From IMG/VR virus record IMGVR_UViG_3300026081_000006, positions 1 through 27,539 of that record: a DNA stretch of 27,539 bases. The stretch is one strand, 5' to 3'. This stretch comes from a virus (lineage: Duplodnaviria; Caudoviricetes). Of the stretch, positions 5,233 to 16,900 are shown piece after piece; position 1 is the first letter of the stretch, and each line of letters opens with the position of its first letter. Both the position numbers and the translations under genes were made by a program. The notes under the pieces were generated by a model, which saw only the letters and a list, made by a program, of their open reading frames with translations, was not told the origin of the DNA and did not search any database.

Positions 5233-8200
5233 TATGCTAACGCTATTACCCTTAGATCTTGAAATCTAGGTGCTCTTGCTTCGTTAGTTCCACTCATTAC
5301 AATCTTAATTTGAAATCCTGTAAATTGTTCAAGTTCATCTATACTGAATTGATATTCAGAAAAACTATTTTGAGAACTTGCAGGAATATTTGAGTCAGCT
5401 CTTCCACTATTATTATTAGAGTTAATAACTCTATCTCCAAATCCGTCACCATCACTATCAGTCATATTATCAAAGCCAGGAAATAGTTCAAATGTTTGTT
5501 CAACATTACTTGAATCTGTTCGAGATAATTTATACAAGACTCTAAAGTCTGCAGATGAATCACGATAAGCACCAACTAATACTTTTAGTGATGTTGCTGG
5601 TTGCTTCAGGTTTACCTCTTTACTTACATATGTTGAAGCATGAGGATCCTCTAATGCAAGATTGACTCTACCATCAAATGCATAATTTTCAATCGGATTA
5701 TTTAAAACATTTCTACCTAAGACAATTCCTGCACCGTCTACGATATTAACCATAGGAGATAGATTAGGATCATTACTTTCTAAGGTTAAACCAAGAGTAA
5801 GTGATTTAGTTTTTGGTAACGCAGTTAATTTGCTACTCTCATTTGTATTTGATGCAACAATTCTAGGAGATGATAATTCAGTATCATTGTTTATCGCAAC
5901 ACTCTCAAATCCTTGATCTATAAAGGATATCTCAGATCCACCTGCACTTGTTCCTGATACTGTTCTAATTGTTCCCGATATATTTGATCCTTCGCCTGGT
6001 GTTATCACATCAAACACTGGAGTGACTCTATTAAATTGTATATTTCTTGTTCCTCTTACTTCAGATCCACCTATTTGATTTTCATCCGTAAAACTTGGTA
6101 CATCATCAGGATTTGTAATATCACCTCTAAGTATCTGAATATGATACTTATCAAGATCTCTTTTAGATTTTAATAAAGTGCTTGATGGTAAAGTATGTGT
6201 TGTATTGATTCTATTCAATGTCATACCATTTAGTTCATAAGGGAATATCTGAGTGCCGACATCATGTGCTCTTTGTATTGAATCAACACCTCTTGATGAA
6301 ATTCCTAGTGAACCTGCAGGTGATACTCCAGCAGTGATTGAATTATAAAAAATTATTTCACCATTTATTTGTGCATATCCAGCACTTGTATGAATTCCAC
6401 TTTGGAAATTAAATCCTGTAGTATTGGCGACTGATACAGAACTATCGTTAATACCTAACGCTGCTGAGATAGTTGTGGGAATTGAATTTGGTTTTACTCC
6501 AGATATTCTGATAAGATTATTATCAGCATGCATACCATGACTAGGTTGATTTACTTCAATTACATTTCCTTCATAAAGATCATTTATAGTTTGAGTTGTG
6601 TTTGCAATAGTAGTACCAGCCATAGACACAGCAGTGCTACCATTATATACAACTAGAGGGCGACCAGCAGTGAATTCTGTGCCTTGTACATTTGTTAGAT
6701 AAAGTGTGTTTCTATTTGATAAACCTGTAACGGTTATTTGTGCACCAGATCCTTTTACCATTGTGCTAGTTGTTAGACCTAATACATCACCAACCACATA
6801 TCCCTTACCACCACTGATGCTTGATGGGTCAGAATTAATTTGTCCAGAAGCATTAATTACTATCGTAGCTGTTGCATTTTCACCTGAACCAGTAATATTA
6901 TATAAAGGCACACCTGTGTAAGTACCTTGTGAGTAACCAACACCAACATTTGTTTTAGTCATAGCGTTAGCTGTTCCACCTGCTTTTTCAACTATGCCTG
7001 AAATTGCAGTTGATGTTGTTTCATCACTTACCTTTGCACCTGGTATTAGAATACTATTCATTACAGTAGTATTACTAATCTCAACCTTTAACTTACGTGG
7101 TAGAGTTTTAATTGGATCTGGTCTCAATAATGATGAAGCACTATCTATATCTTGTTTAGGATTATAGAAGAATGCAGTTCCTGATGTTGTGCTAAAATTA
7201 CACTTATAAAGTTTGAACTTCATATCTTCAAACTGACTTGCAGTCCAAATAGTTCCATTCTGTGATTTAAACAAACTACCACCAACATATTGTTTAGTAA
7301 CAAGGACACTTTCTGCATCAGGTAAAGTTGTAGTATTTACAGTTTTTTCACCCATTCTCGCAACCCATAGTTCATATAGATTTGATGTTGGTGCTAAAAC
7401 AACAACAGCATACTCTCTATCAGTTTCAAGGTATATTGGTGATGGGAATGAAACTTTTGTTGGAACTGTTCCGTCTGTAGATGTTGTTATCTGAGATGGT
7501 TCTAATACAGCTTCTGCATGATTCGCTGCTAATAATTCTGTAGGAGTTCCTAATTCTACTGTTCTAATCTGAACAGTTACTTTTTCTGAAGGGTCAACAT
7601 TTGCAAAAAATAAATCAACTGCAGTAAGAAATGCACCTGTCTCATCAACAGTGAATGATTGTGCTAGAGGATCTTTCTTACCACCTCTTCTTCTTCTGAA
7701 TACAGGTCTAAAAACATTGACTCTCTGTCTACGCAAGTTATCAACTAATCCACTTGCCTCATATGTCGTTTCACCACTACTAATTAACAAACTTCCTTTT
7801 AATGGTGTTGCATTTGTACTACTTGATGTTAATTTAAATGTCTTTGTGCCTACAGTAAACCTTAATGGTGGTAATGGAGTGGTGAATGGATCTCTAAAGA
7901 ATAATGCTCCACTAAGATCTCCAAAAGTATCTGGTATTAACTTTACACTTGAAACTGTTGCCTGTGATCCACTTGTTTCACCAAGTAAAGTCATACCTTC
8001 GGTTACAAATCCAAAATATTTACCTATGACTTCATCAACTAAAGAATTTACGTCAATATTTAAAATAGTTGAAGATGATGAATATACTGATGGTAATTCT
8101 ACACTTCTATCATAAGGATTCAAACTATAAGTTGTTGTTGGAGACCCACCAGGACCAGTTTTATGATTAGGAGCGTACGCTCTCGCACTGAATACGTGTG

Positions 8201-11200
8201 ATCCACCAATGTAACCTTTGACTGTTTCACCTATAACAAATGAACCTGAAGTCATAGTGATTTCAGTTAATTTTGGAATTATATCAATTCCACTAGTGTT
8301 ATCAAAGAAAGCGTAATGTCTTTGCAATGGTCTCAAACTACTTGCATTAAAAGCAACGTTTCTTGATCTTATGTGAGTATCAGGGACAATTGGACCTTGA
8401 ACAGTTTCAATGAATGATCTCTCCAAAAGATTACCGACAAATCTTGTTCTTCCACCCAAAGATGGTGGATTTTGACCTGGTAGTAGACCAACAGGAGCTG
8501 CTGGTGGATTTCTACTTACTATTGGTCTACCTATAACAGTTCTTACACCACTACCCTGTACCACTATAGTCCTTGTCCAAGAGTCTGATGCTGGATTTAA
8601 AGTTATGTTACCAACAAACTCAATCATATTAAATGGGTTTACGTTCTCAACCCTTGATGCTAATGGTTGAGTTATCCAGTCATTTTCTGTGTATTTTAAA
8701 GTAACATGATTACCTGTTTTTTGAACGTTTGAGTCTAATAATTCTAAATTAGCGTTGAAGTCTGCAGTATCTACGTTTATAGATGGTTCTAGAGCAGGTT
8801 CAGGTGCAACTGTGTAAAAATCAACTGCAGTTGTAAATTCCCCACGACCTGTAATTGTAGCACCTTTTGAAGTAACATCCTGACGCTGAGTGTCTCTAAA
8901 ATCATCAACAAAAAATCCAGATTTAAATCTGTCTAAATTATCAACATCCCTAACTTGGAAAGTTTTTGTATCTAGTTCTAGTAAAGAAAGAGATGTGAGT
9001 TCTTCAAGATTTTCTATTCTATCTTCAAGATCGCCAATATCTCTCATGGTGTATCTTCTATTATCTACTGCTTTAATAAAAGCATCTTTAACATCATAAA
9101 GATAAGCAGGAAGACTAATTGTCGCCAAATGCATAGATTCATCTATACCTTCTGGCTCTTTTGGATCAACTGACGATACACCTTTTACCACACTCACCAC
9201 ACCATTTTTATCTAAAACAACTTTATCAATTCTTGGTAAATAATGTTCATATCCAATTAATGAACTTTCTTGTGGTGTAACAGTGAGACTTGGATTTGTT
9301 GATGCTGAAAAATCTCTACTGGAAAATGCAAGTGGTGAGGTATTTGTTGCTGTAAATCTACCAACTCTTGGTCTGAAATCTAATGTATCAGATGCTCTTA
9401 CACCAGAATCTGTGCTAGGAATATCGTGTTTGAATGATTCTGAAGGATATGAATCTACAGTAAACACATCTCCCGTATCACTACTTGGAACTTCAAAGTA
9501 ATTGAATATTACAAGTAATTGTCTTGATGGAATATAATCAGCGTCTCTCACTATACGAGAATAATCGTAGAATTGATCTCTCTGACCTTTATCTAAAGTA
9601 TAATTTGATGTAATATCTTGGAAATTTCCTTTATCAACAACTTGAACAACAGAAGTGATATTTGATTCTTCAAATGTTGCTATCTCTCCAACTACAAATT
9701 TAGATGAATTTAGATATACAATCTCAACTTTAGTTGCTGATGATCTTGTTACCACTTGAGCAAGAGCTCCGCTTGTAGATCCTAGAATCTTCTCACCTAA
9801 TATTGAGGAAGTATCAAGAGTTAAACCTGATGGAAATGTTAATGAATCTAAAGTTGGTGCTGATGTATCTAAAGACTCGTGAACTGAAATGACCTCTGCA
9901 ACATCTGGTAAATTTAATGAGATAACATCATCTTGAACTCTTGTTCCCAAATACGTGCTTGTGGTAAGTCCACTTGATGCAGTTGAAGCAGCAGATACTG
10001 TTCTATTGATTGTTAATTTTTCACTTCTAATATATTCTTTTTTCTTACTCTTAATACCTATTTTCTTTGCAGTAACATTAACAACAACGTTTGATGCACC
10101 TGCATTTAGTCCAGTGAATTCAACTGTTGCACCACCAGAACCAAGAGTTACTTGATCTGATGTTAAATCCTCAACTGTTCCATCACTATAAGCAACATAA
10201 TATCTTTCAGCATCAAATGTTTCAAACAAAGCACTACTTAATCCTATGCTTGCATTACTAATAGGTATACTCAAAGCACCTGTAACTGAATTTGTTGATT
10301 GTCCAGTAACTTGTTTTGAAACTAATAAATTTGAAGATCCAAGATTAACTGTGGACACGTTATTACTTCCAACAGGTGCAAATAAACCACCATTTTCAGA
10401 TACTACAGGTGATCCTACAACTATATTAGTTTGAACTGCTGCAGATGGTAGACCTCCTTCACATACACCACTTACGTCTGTAACTGCTTCAACTTTTGCA
10501 GTTGTTACACCTACACTCTCAATACGATTAAAACTATCAACTGCTTGACCTGCGACTGGATATTTAATTATATCACCGACTTTTAAACTAGAAATTACTG
10601 TTGATTTACCTGTTACAACACCATTAGTAGCAATTTGAACTTGATCTGCTATCCCAATACCTGATACTGATGTCTTTTGTAAAACAATATCTCCTATAAA
10701 GTTAACAGCAAATCCTGTAATTCCACTTGTTCCTTGATAAACCGATTTTACATCACGAATACTGTTTGTTTTTAATGATTGAATAGATCTTACAAGTGAT
10801 TCATCACCATTTATTATGATTTGCTCGCCAGATATAAAAGTTCCTGATGTCTGAGTTAAGGTAACTGCTGTTGTATTACTGACTGTAGTTTGAACAAATC
10901 CTGTTGCACCACTACTTTTCCCCTTTACGAAAGAAGATGCTGGACACTCTAAAGGACTAAGTGCTGTGTTTATGGTTAGATTAACAAAAGTCTGCACATC
11001 AAAGACATATAAATCATGCTCTGTAGAAGCGTTGGAGTAAGTTGCATCAGATAAATTATGCATGTATACTCTTGCTTCACCTATTTGTGTAGTAGTGCCT
11101 GGAGGTGTTGTTGCACCTGTTCTTCTCTTATCATACAATCCAACAGTAAAAGTGGTCGCTGCTCCTATCTGTGGAGTTCCATTTACATTGTTTAACTTAA

Positions 11201-12389
11201 ATTTAGTGCCAAATTCAAAAGGAACTTGAGAATTTTCTATTTTTAAAACATCTCTTGGTTTATCGACATCTATGATTTCTCCTAGTTTATCAATATCGTA
11301 ACCTTTTACATACGCAGTTCCAGCAGATATCTTGACAGCCATCAAATCTTCTGATGGTACGTTACCTTGCTCAGTTTGCTGTCCCTCAAAATAAACTCCT
11401 TCATTAGATTGGCGATCATTCAATGACTCATTAATTTCAATCTGAAAATTATCTAATGAATAATTTCCTGATTCATCAAATGTTCTCTTTGCAAAGTAAT
11501 CTCTAATTAAATTATATTCAGATTTGTTCTGTAATTTTTTTATTTCCCCATTATCAATTCTTAAAAGTTCTACAAAAGTTTTATCATCATAATCATTCAG
11601 TGATTTTTTAGATAAAATTGCTGATATTTTTAATCTATCAGCACCTGGTGCAGCAAAGTTTGAGAATCCTTTAGCATTATCGTATAGTGATTTATCATCT
11701 TTAGCAGATACTATTTCTTCTAAAATTGTAAGTCCAACTCTATATGATGGATTATTTGTGTAAGGATCTAAAATTATACTGCTTGCAGCGACATCTACAA
11801 ATGTTCCTCTCACAAAAAATACACCTTGACCTATGGATGCAATAGATCCAGTCGCTGTTGCATCTTGACTAACTAATGTTGCTACTGTTTCACCTGAAGA
11901 TATTGTTGTATTTCCATAAGTAAATGTGTCTTCAGTTATTAATATTTCACCATCTTCAAAACTGGATGATTCATTATCTGTGCCTGATTTCAAATAGTTA
12001 ACATATAATGTAACATCAGGATATTCAGGACCATCTGTTGGGAAAAAGCAATCATCAACAATAGCTACAACTCCAGAGGATTGACCTCTTAACTTTTTAC
12101 CATGTAACTGCTTTGTATACACAGTTACATCAATACCTAAATGATCTGAATTTATTTTTACTGCACTATAAGTGTTGTTGTAATTAATATTACCAGGAAT
12201 CACCATTGATCCCTCTTTAAACATATGACTACCAAACGACTCTACTTGATTCTGTAATATTGATTGTAACTGTGTTAATTCTCTTGCCTGTACAGGAAAA
12301 CCAGGTTTGAACAAGACACGATAAAAATTATCATTCTTATCGAAATCGTCAAAAAATGGGTTTATATTTAAATTCGTTTTCTGTGGCAT
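5232..12389 (-). CDS. Large virion structural protein, VrlC-like / DUF4815-containing (2385 aa)
   Basis: N-terminal NLNINPFFDDFD...FYRVLFKPGFPVQARELTQLQSILQNQ, APGADRLKI, RTFDESGNY, YLPRIDKV, NRRYTMRDIGDLEDRIENLE..TSLSLLE, RFKSGFFVDDF, VNPFN, DPLAQSF, GSLFKSQNGTIWT and C-terminal PRFQDLRVIALA are hallmarks of this myophage family; directly follows gp8. Confidence 0.88.
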   Translation of the reverse strand: MPQKTNLNINPFFDDFDKNDNFYRVLFKPGFPVQARELTQLQSILQNQVESFGSHMFKEGSMVIPGNINYNNTYSAVKINSDHLGIDVTVYTKQLHGKKLRGQSSGVVAIVDDCFFPTDGPEYPDVTLYVNYLKSGTDNESSSFEDGEILITEDTFTYGNTTISSGETVATLVSQDATATGSIASIGQGVFFVRGTFVDVAASSIILDPYTNNPSYRVGLTILEEIVSAKDDKSLYDNAKGFSNFAAPGADRLKISAILSKKSLNDYDDKTFVELLRIDNGEIKKLQNKSEYNLIRDYFAKRTFDESGNYSLDNFQIEINESLNDRQSNEGVYFEGQQTEQGNVPSEDLMAVKISAGTAYVKGYDIDKLGEIIDVDKPRDVLKIENSQVPFEFGTKFKLNNVNGTPQIGAATTFTVGLYDKRRTGATTPPGTTTQIGEARVYMHNLSDATYSNASTEHDLYVFDVQTFVNLTINTALSPLECPASSFVKGKSSGATGFVQTTVSNTTAVTLTQTSGTFISGEQIIINGDESLVRSIQSLKTNSIRDVKSVYQGTSGITGFAVNFIGDIVLQKTSVSGIGIADQVQIATNGVVTGKSTVISSLKVGDIIKYPVAGQAVDSFNRIESVGVTTAKVEAVTDVSGVCEGGLPSAAVQTNIVVGSPVVSENGGLFAPVGSNNVSTVNLGSSNLLVSKQVTGQSTNSVTGALSIPISNASIGLSSALFETFDAERYYVAYSDGTVEDLTSDQVTLGSGGATVEFTGLNAGASNVVVNVTAKKIGIKSKKKEYIRSEKLTINRTVSAASTASSGLTTSTYLGTRVQDDVISLNLPDVAEVISVHESLDTSAPTLDSLTFPSGLTLDTSSILGEKILGSTSGALAQVVTRSSATKVEIVYLNSSKFVVGEIATFEESNITSVVQVVDKGNFQDITSNYTLDKGQRDQFYDYSRIVRDADYIPSRQLLVIFNYFEVPSSDTGDVFTVDSYPSESFKHDIPSTDSGVRASDTLDFRPRVGRFTATNTSPLAFSSRDFSASTNPSLTVTPQESSLIGYEHYLPRIDKVVLDKNGVVSVVKGVSSVDPKEPEGIDESMHLATISLPAYLYDVKDAFIKAVDNRRYTMRDIGDLEDRIENLEELTSLSLLELDTKTFQVRDVDNLDRFKSGFFVDDFRDTQRQDVTSKGATITGRGEFTTAVDFYTVAPEPALEPSINVDTADFNANLELLDSNVQKTGNHVTLKYTENDWITQPLASRVENVNPFNMIEFVGNITLNPASDSWTRTIVVQGSGVRTVIGRPIVSRNPPAAPVGLLPGQNPPSLGGRTRFVGNLLERSFIETVQGPIVPDTHIRSRNVAFNASSLRPLQRHYAFFDNTSGIDIIPKLTEITMTSGSFVIGETVKGYIGGSHVFSARAYAPNHKTGPGGSPTTTYSLNPYDRSVELPSVYSSSSTILNIDVNSLVDEVIGKYFGFVTEGMTLLGETSGSQATVSSVKLIPDTFGDLSGALFFRDPFTTPLPPLRFTVGTKTFKLTSSSTNATPLKGSLLISSGETTYEASGLVDNLRRQRVNVFRPVFRRRRGGKKDPLAQSFTVDETGAFLTAVDLFFANVDPSEKVTVQIRTVELGTPTELLAANHAEAVLEPSQITTSTDGTVPTKVSFPSPIYLETDREYAVVVLAPTSNLYELWVARMGEKTVNTTTLPDAESVLVTKQYVGGSLFKSQNGTIWTASQFEDMKFKLYKCNFSTTSGTAFFYNPKQDIDSASSLLRPDPIKTLPRKLKVEISNTTVMNSILIPGAKVSDETTSTAISGIVEKAGGTANAMTKTNVGVGYSQGTYTGVPLYNITGSGENATATIVINASGQINSDPSSISGGKGYVVGDVLGLTTSTMVKGSGAQITVTGLSNRNTLYLTNVQGTEFTAGRPLVVYNGSTAVSMAGTTIANTTQTINDLYEGNVIEVNQPSHGMHADNNLIRISGVKPNSIPTTISAALGINDSSVSVANTTGFNFQSGIHTSAGYAQINGEIIFYNSITAGVSPAGSLGISSRGVDSIQRAHDVGTQIFPYELNGMTLNRINTTHTLPSSTLLKSKRDLDKYHIQILRGDITNPDDVPSFTDENQIGGSEVRGTRNIQFNRVTPVFDVITPGEGSNISGTIRTVSGTSAGGSEISFIDQGFESVAINNDTELSSPRIVASNTNESSKLTALPKTKSLTLGLTLESNDPNLSPMVNIVDGAGIVLGRNVLNNPIENYAFDGRVNLALEDPHASTYVSKEVNLKQPATSLKVLVGAYRDSSADFRVLYKLSRTDSSNVEQTFELFPGFDNMTDSDGDGFGDRVINSNNNSGRADSNIPASSQNSFSEYQFSIDELEQFTGFQIKIVMSGTNEARAPRFQDLRVIALA

Positions 12390-12392
12390 TTT

Positions 12393-13949
12393 TTAGAATT
12401 CTAGAATAATTTTAACATCTTCTTTTTGTCTAGCATTTCTTGTAATCAATGGTCGATTATCAAGATATACTATATCACCTGACTTTTTATTTATCTCAGG
12501 ATTAGAGACCCCTTGTGTGAATTGTGTGTCTAATGATATTAATTTGGTTCCAGTTGGATTGGTGCTAACACCTGTAAATCCAGTGTCTATAGAACCATTG
12601 AATCCACTTGTACCACAGTTAACTTGGTTAGTGTTAGATTCAAAAGCATGAACTTTAGCAAAGGTAGATACTCCAACATAATCTGTAGTATCAAATGAAG
12701 TTTGATTCAAGAAACTTGATCTATCTTGAACAAACTTAATTACCTTAGTATCAACGTCATACGCTGCAACAAATCCTTTCGCTGTTCCAGCAGTAACCAC
12801 CTGACTAATTGTTTCACCGATGGTAGGTGTTCCATTTGCAGTTGATAGTTTCAATGCACCTACAGATGAAAATGTAGGATCTGTAAATAATGAAGTTGAT
12901 CCAATAGATGTAGGATTCTTGAGAATACCTATTTGAGAAAAACTAGTATTAACAGGAAAATCATTTGTTGTTGATGTATCAAATCTAGCAAATACTAATA
13001 CCCTATCTGATCCCAACTCTTTATAGATGTCGTGACCATGACCTTTAGAGGGAGGAATGATTGGTATTAAGCTTGCTTTAGTAGACGCACTTGTATTACC
13101 AATCGCACCTAGATCAACCATACCATAAGTATATCCTTTACCTCCTGCTGAAACCACAGCATTTGTTATTTTACCATTCACAACATCAATAACAACTTTA
13201 CCACCTGTACCGTCACCAAGTATGTTTACCTCTTGACCAGTTCCATTTGAGTATCCTACACCCTGATTCTCAATATATACCTTTTTAATTTGGTTATTAT
13301 TAACATCAGAATCACCGTTGTCTCTGACTGCTACAACTTGAGAATCAGTTGATGTTGACCAACTATTAGATACGGAGATAAAATCTGTTGAGTCAAATTT
13401 AATAATATCACTAGGAGATACTGTAAATAAGTATTTCCATTGATAACCATCACCACTAGTTCCAGCTTTAGATGGTTCTAAATCTGTAAATGTGGGTTCG
13501 TCAAGTGATGCGTTACCAGTTGTATTGATACCAGAGGATCCATTATCAATACAAACGTAAACTTTAAAATCACTATTCATAACATAGTAATTTGCATCAT
13601 ATAATCTTGCTGATCCTGTGATGGGTGATGTATTGTTCAAATTGTAATCATGACGATACATCTCATACTTGGTGCCTCTAGACCAAGATATTTTTCTCAC
13701 AAGTCTCCTTACATTATCAGAAGTGACTTTTTTACCAAAAGACATGTTATCACCTACAAAGTTCATGTAGTTGATGTTATCTGTTGGACTTGGTGTATCA
13801 GTATTAAAATCTGTTTTTCTACCAAACCCTGATGTAGTTGGATTGGACAGACCAACAAACACGTAGTAAGAATTGTTAGAGTCTGTAACGTTATCTACAA
13901 AATTACTTGCGTTTAATATTCTAAACTGATCTGTTACAATAGCGGCCAT
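12393..13949 (-). CDS. gp8: Baseplate wedge subunit gp8 (518 aa)
   Basis: MAAIVTDQFRILNA start, YEMYRHDY, YYVMNSDFKVYVCIDNG, EPTFTD, DGYQWKYLFTV, PPSKGHG, FSQIGILKNP and C-terminal SGDIVYLDNRPLITR...QKEDVKIILEF match T4-like gp8. Confidence 0.92.
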   Translation of the reverse strand: MAAIVTDQFRILNASNFVDNVTDSNNSYYVFVGLSNPTTSGFGRKTDFNTDTPSPTDNINYMNFVGDNMSFGKKVTSDNVRRLVRKISWSRGTKYEMYRHDYNLNNTSPITGSARLYDANYYVMNSDFKVYVCIDNGSSGINTTGNASLDEPTFTDLEPSKAGTSGDGYQWKYLFTVSPSDIIKFDSTDFISVSNSWSTSTDSQVVAVRDNGDSDVNNNQIKKVYIENQGVGYSNGTGQEVNILGDGTGGKVVIDVVNGKITNAVVSAGGKGYTYGMVDLGAIGNTSASTKASLIPIIPPSKGHGHDIYKELGSDRVLVFARFDTSTTNDFPVNTSFSQIGILKNPTSIGSTSLFTDPTFSSVGALKLSTANGTPTIGETISQVVTAGTAKGFVAAYDVDTKVIKFVQDRSSFLNQTSFDTTDYVGVSTFAKVHAFESNTNQVNCGTSGFNGSIDTGFTGVSTNPTGTKLISLDTQFTQGVSNPEINKKSGDIVYLDNRPLITRNARQKEDVKIILEF

Positions 13950-13967
13950 CGAATTGGGTTTTTTCTA

Positions 13968-13975
13968 TATTTATA
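13968..13975 (-). promoter_or_regulatory. T4-type late promoter (TATAAATA)
   Basis: Exact consensus in the 40-nt gap between gp7 and gp8, 18 nt upstream of the gp8 ATG. Confidence 0.82.
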
Positions 13976-13989
13976 CGTCAGAGACTGAG

Positions 13990-16900
13990 TTATTTACTTA
14001 ATCCACCAGTATCTCTTAAACCTGCCCCTCGTCTCTGTAAAATTGGGAAGGTTGAAAGACCTGTACTTGCAGTAAATCCAGTAACTCCGATTGATATTGG
14101 AGTGCTAGATCTTGTGAATCCAGAGATCTTACCAAATGATAATGTTCCACAAGGATTAGTTGATGAACCTGTTGTCGCAATGCCTACGACACTTGTTGTT
14201 GATAATATATTACATGTTAGTATACCAGCATTATTAACTCTTGAGAATGCATCTACTTTGTAGATGTTATCTAAGAATGTATTACCAACACCTACAATTG
14301 ATAAATTGTGACCATCAATTGATGTAATACCAAAACCAGTAACTGTATCAGAAACTAGTACTCTATTATTTGCTGCTAGTGCAGAAATACTTGGATGAGT
14401 AACAAAAAATTCAAGTGCAAGAGGATTACCACCGATGCCTGTCGCTGTTTGAATACCAGTGATGATACCAGAGAATCCAGTTGCTACACCAGCATTAGTA
14501 ATATTTTCAAGAGATACAGTAGGTAACGCAGTAATTACTTGTGGTGGAACTGAATGAGTATATCCAAGACCAGGATTGGTTATATTTGCTGTTCCTGATA
14601 ATACACCATTAACTACGCTTAGAGTAGCAGATGCAGTTGTTCCAATACCAACACCGATTGCACTAGGAGCAGATATCTTAACAGCAACTGTTGATCCAGT
14701 ATACCCAGATCCACCATCACTGATGGTAAGTGCACTGATTGTACCTGCTGCAGATACAGTTGCTGTAATCGCTGCTGCAACTGGATCACCTGAAGTGTTA
14801 ACTAGCAATGCATCAATACTGATAGGACTTCCAACTTCATAATCAAATAGTCTACCATTATCTACAAATATTTCTGTGCCAGATGTGGATAAATCACTTA
14901 TTATTCTACCTGTTGGATATACCAAAGGTTCGATAGAGTCTCTTGCCTTTGATACTGCCTCACCAGCAATATTCTTATCAACCTTTTGTTTCGTCCAACT
15001 TATGGGTCTTGGTACAGTGCTTATACCTAATCCTGTGTATAGATTAGTCTCTACTTTATCGGATGTTGTAATATTGTATATTGTTCTAGGATCTTGATCA
15101 AGAGTGTTTGGATCATTGTCTCTCTTCTTAAGAGTTAGAATATCACCTTGTTTTACAGTCTCTACAGTATTAACTGAAACACTGTCTGTACCACGAGATC
15201 CTCTGTAGAAGAATATATCTACCTTATCATCTTCTCCTGGTGCCTCAGTGAATGTAAATGATGTACCACCCTCAAACTGATAATGTTGACCAGGTTCCTG
15301 TATTACACCATTTACAAATATAAGAAGAACAGCGTTTAGGTCTATCTCAGAGTTATTTGTTTCAAAACTCAATAACTCCTTATTAAATTCTAATGGGAAT
15401 CTTGTTCTTGAACCATTTTGAAGATTTCTAATTGAATCGACATTATCCAATTCACCAAACTGCCATGATGCGAATGAATCAGTAAATGTTTCAAGAACAG
15501 TCAATTCAAAGTCTTGAACCACTGATCCTAATCCACGATCAGTTACAAGTCCGACTGGTTTAAATACATCACCTTTTCTAAACCCATATCCTTGTCTAGC
15601 AATCTTAAATGACTTAACCTCACGAAGTGTTGACCCTATACCAACTGTGCTTGTAGGACCAACATCTACAGTTATAAGTAAGTTTTTACCAGTCTCAGTT
15701 GTCGCACCAACGCCTAATCTTGATACACCAACAACTTCAAGATTCTCATATGATGGTTGTGGTATGTTGATCTGTGGTTGTACGTATCCAGTTCCACCAT
15801 TTGAGACTGTAAATGTGAGTGTTCCACCCACGCCCACTGTTGCATTTACAACAGCACCAGTTCCTGCACCACCACCAGCACCAACGTTTATTGTGATTGT
15901 GTTTGTCGTGGTTGCTGTAATAGTTGTCTGTATACCTACAATTGGATCACCATTTGTAGATGTTGGTGTAGGACCTGAACGTGGATATGGATGTAAAGTT
16001 GCAAAATGATCCTTTGAACATCTAAAGACAATACCACCAGTATCAATACCAACTGTATCATTTATATTTAAGTTGTGATCTGGTATGGTAATAACAAACT
16101 CACCACTAAATGATGTATATACAGCGTTAGTCGCTGTATAAGCAGGACCTGCAAATGATCCCTTTCTAATAGATCCAATACCAGCACTTTCAAATCTATG
16201 CTCATACGCTACATCTGTAACACCAATCGCTACTGTGCCCCTATATCCAGATCCATGTGTATCTGCAGTTCCGATTCCAACAGCGGTAATTACACCGTTC
16301 TGATTCTTAACTGCAGTGACTGCTGCACCAACTAATGGAGCAAATCCTAAACCATTTGTGGAACCTAGTGAAACTATCACACCACCTCTTGGTAGTTGAT
16401 TCTTGTTAACATCTTCATTTGATATGATTAAATCATTATTAGCATCAGTGATACCTGTAAAGGTTACACTTGTAATACCTGTTGCTCCTTCTACAAAATC
16501 ATAAATGTTTCCAGCATTATTTGTTGTGGTGGGTGTTTGGAATATATCATTTAAAAACAGTACACCGCTTCCAGTTTCAATACCAGTAGTATTTGCACCT
16601 CCAACTGTAAGTGTGTATGTTGCACCTATGCCTGTAAAGTCTCTACTAATATTATCAAATACTGTATTAGTTGTATAATCTTGTCTTTGATATACTCTAC
16701 CACCAAAGGTTGATCTTGCTTCAGGAATGAGAGTTTCTGGATCAAAAACTCTGGTGCTATCACCTAATGGTGGTTCTGTAAAGTGTATCTTACTACCCAC
16801 AAAATTATAAGATCCTAAGTGTACCCTTGCTGTCGCACCATCATTATGTGAAGCAGCAGTAGATCCAACAACACCTCTTGTAACATCAATGAGGTTAAAT

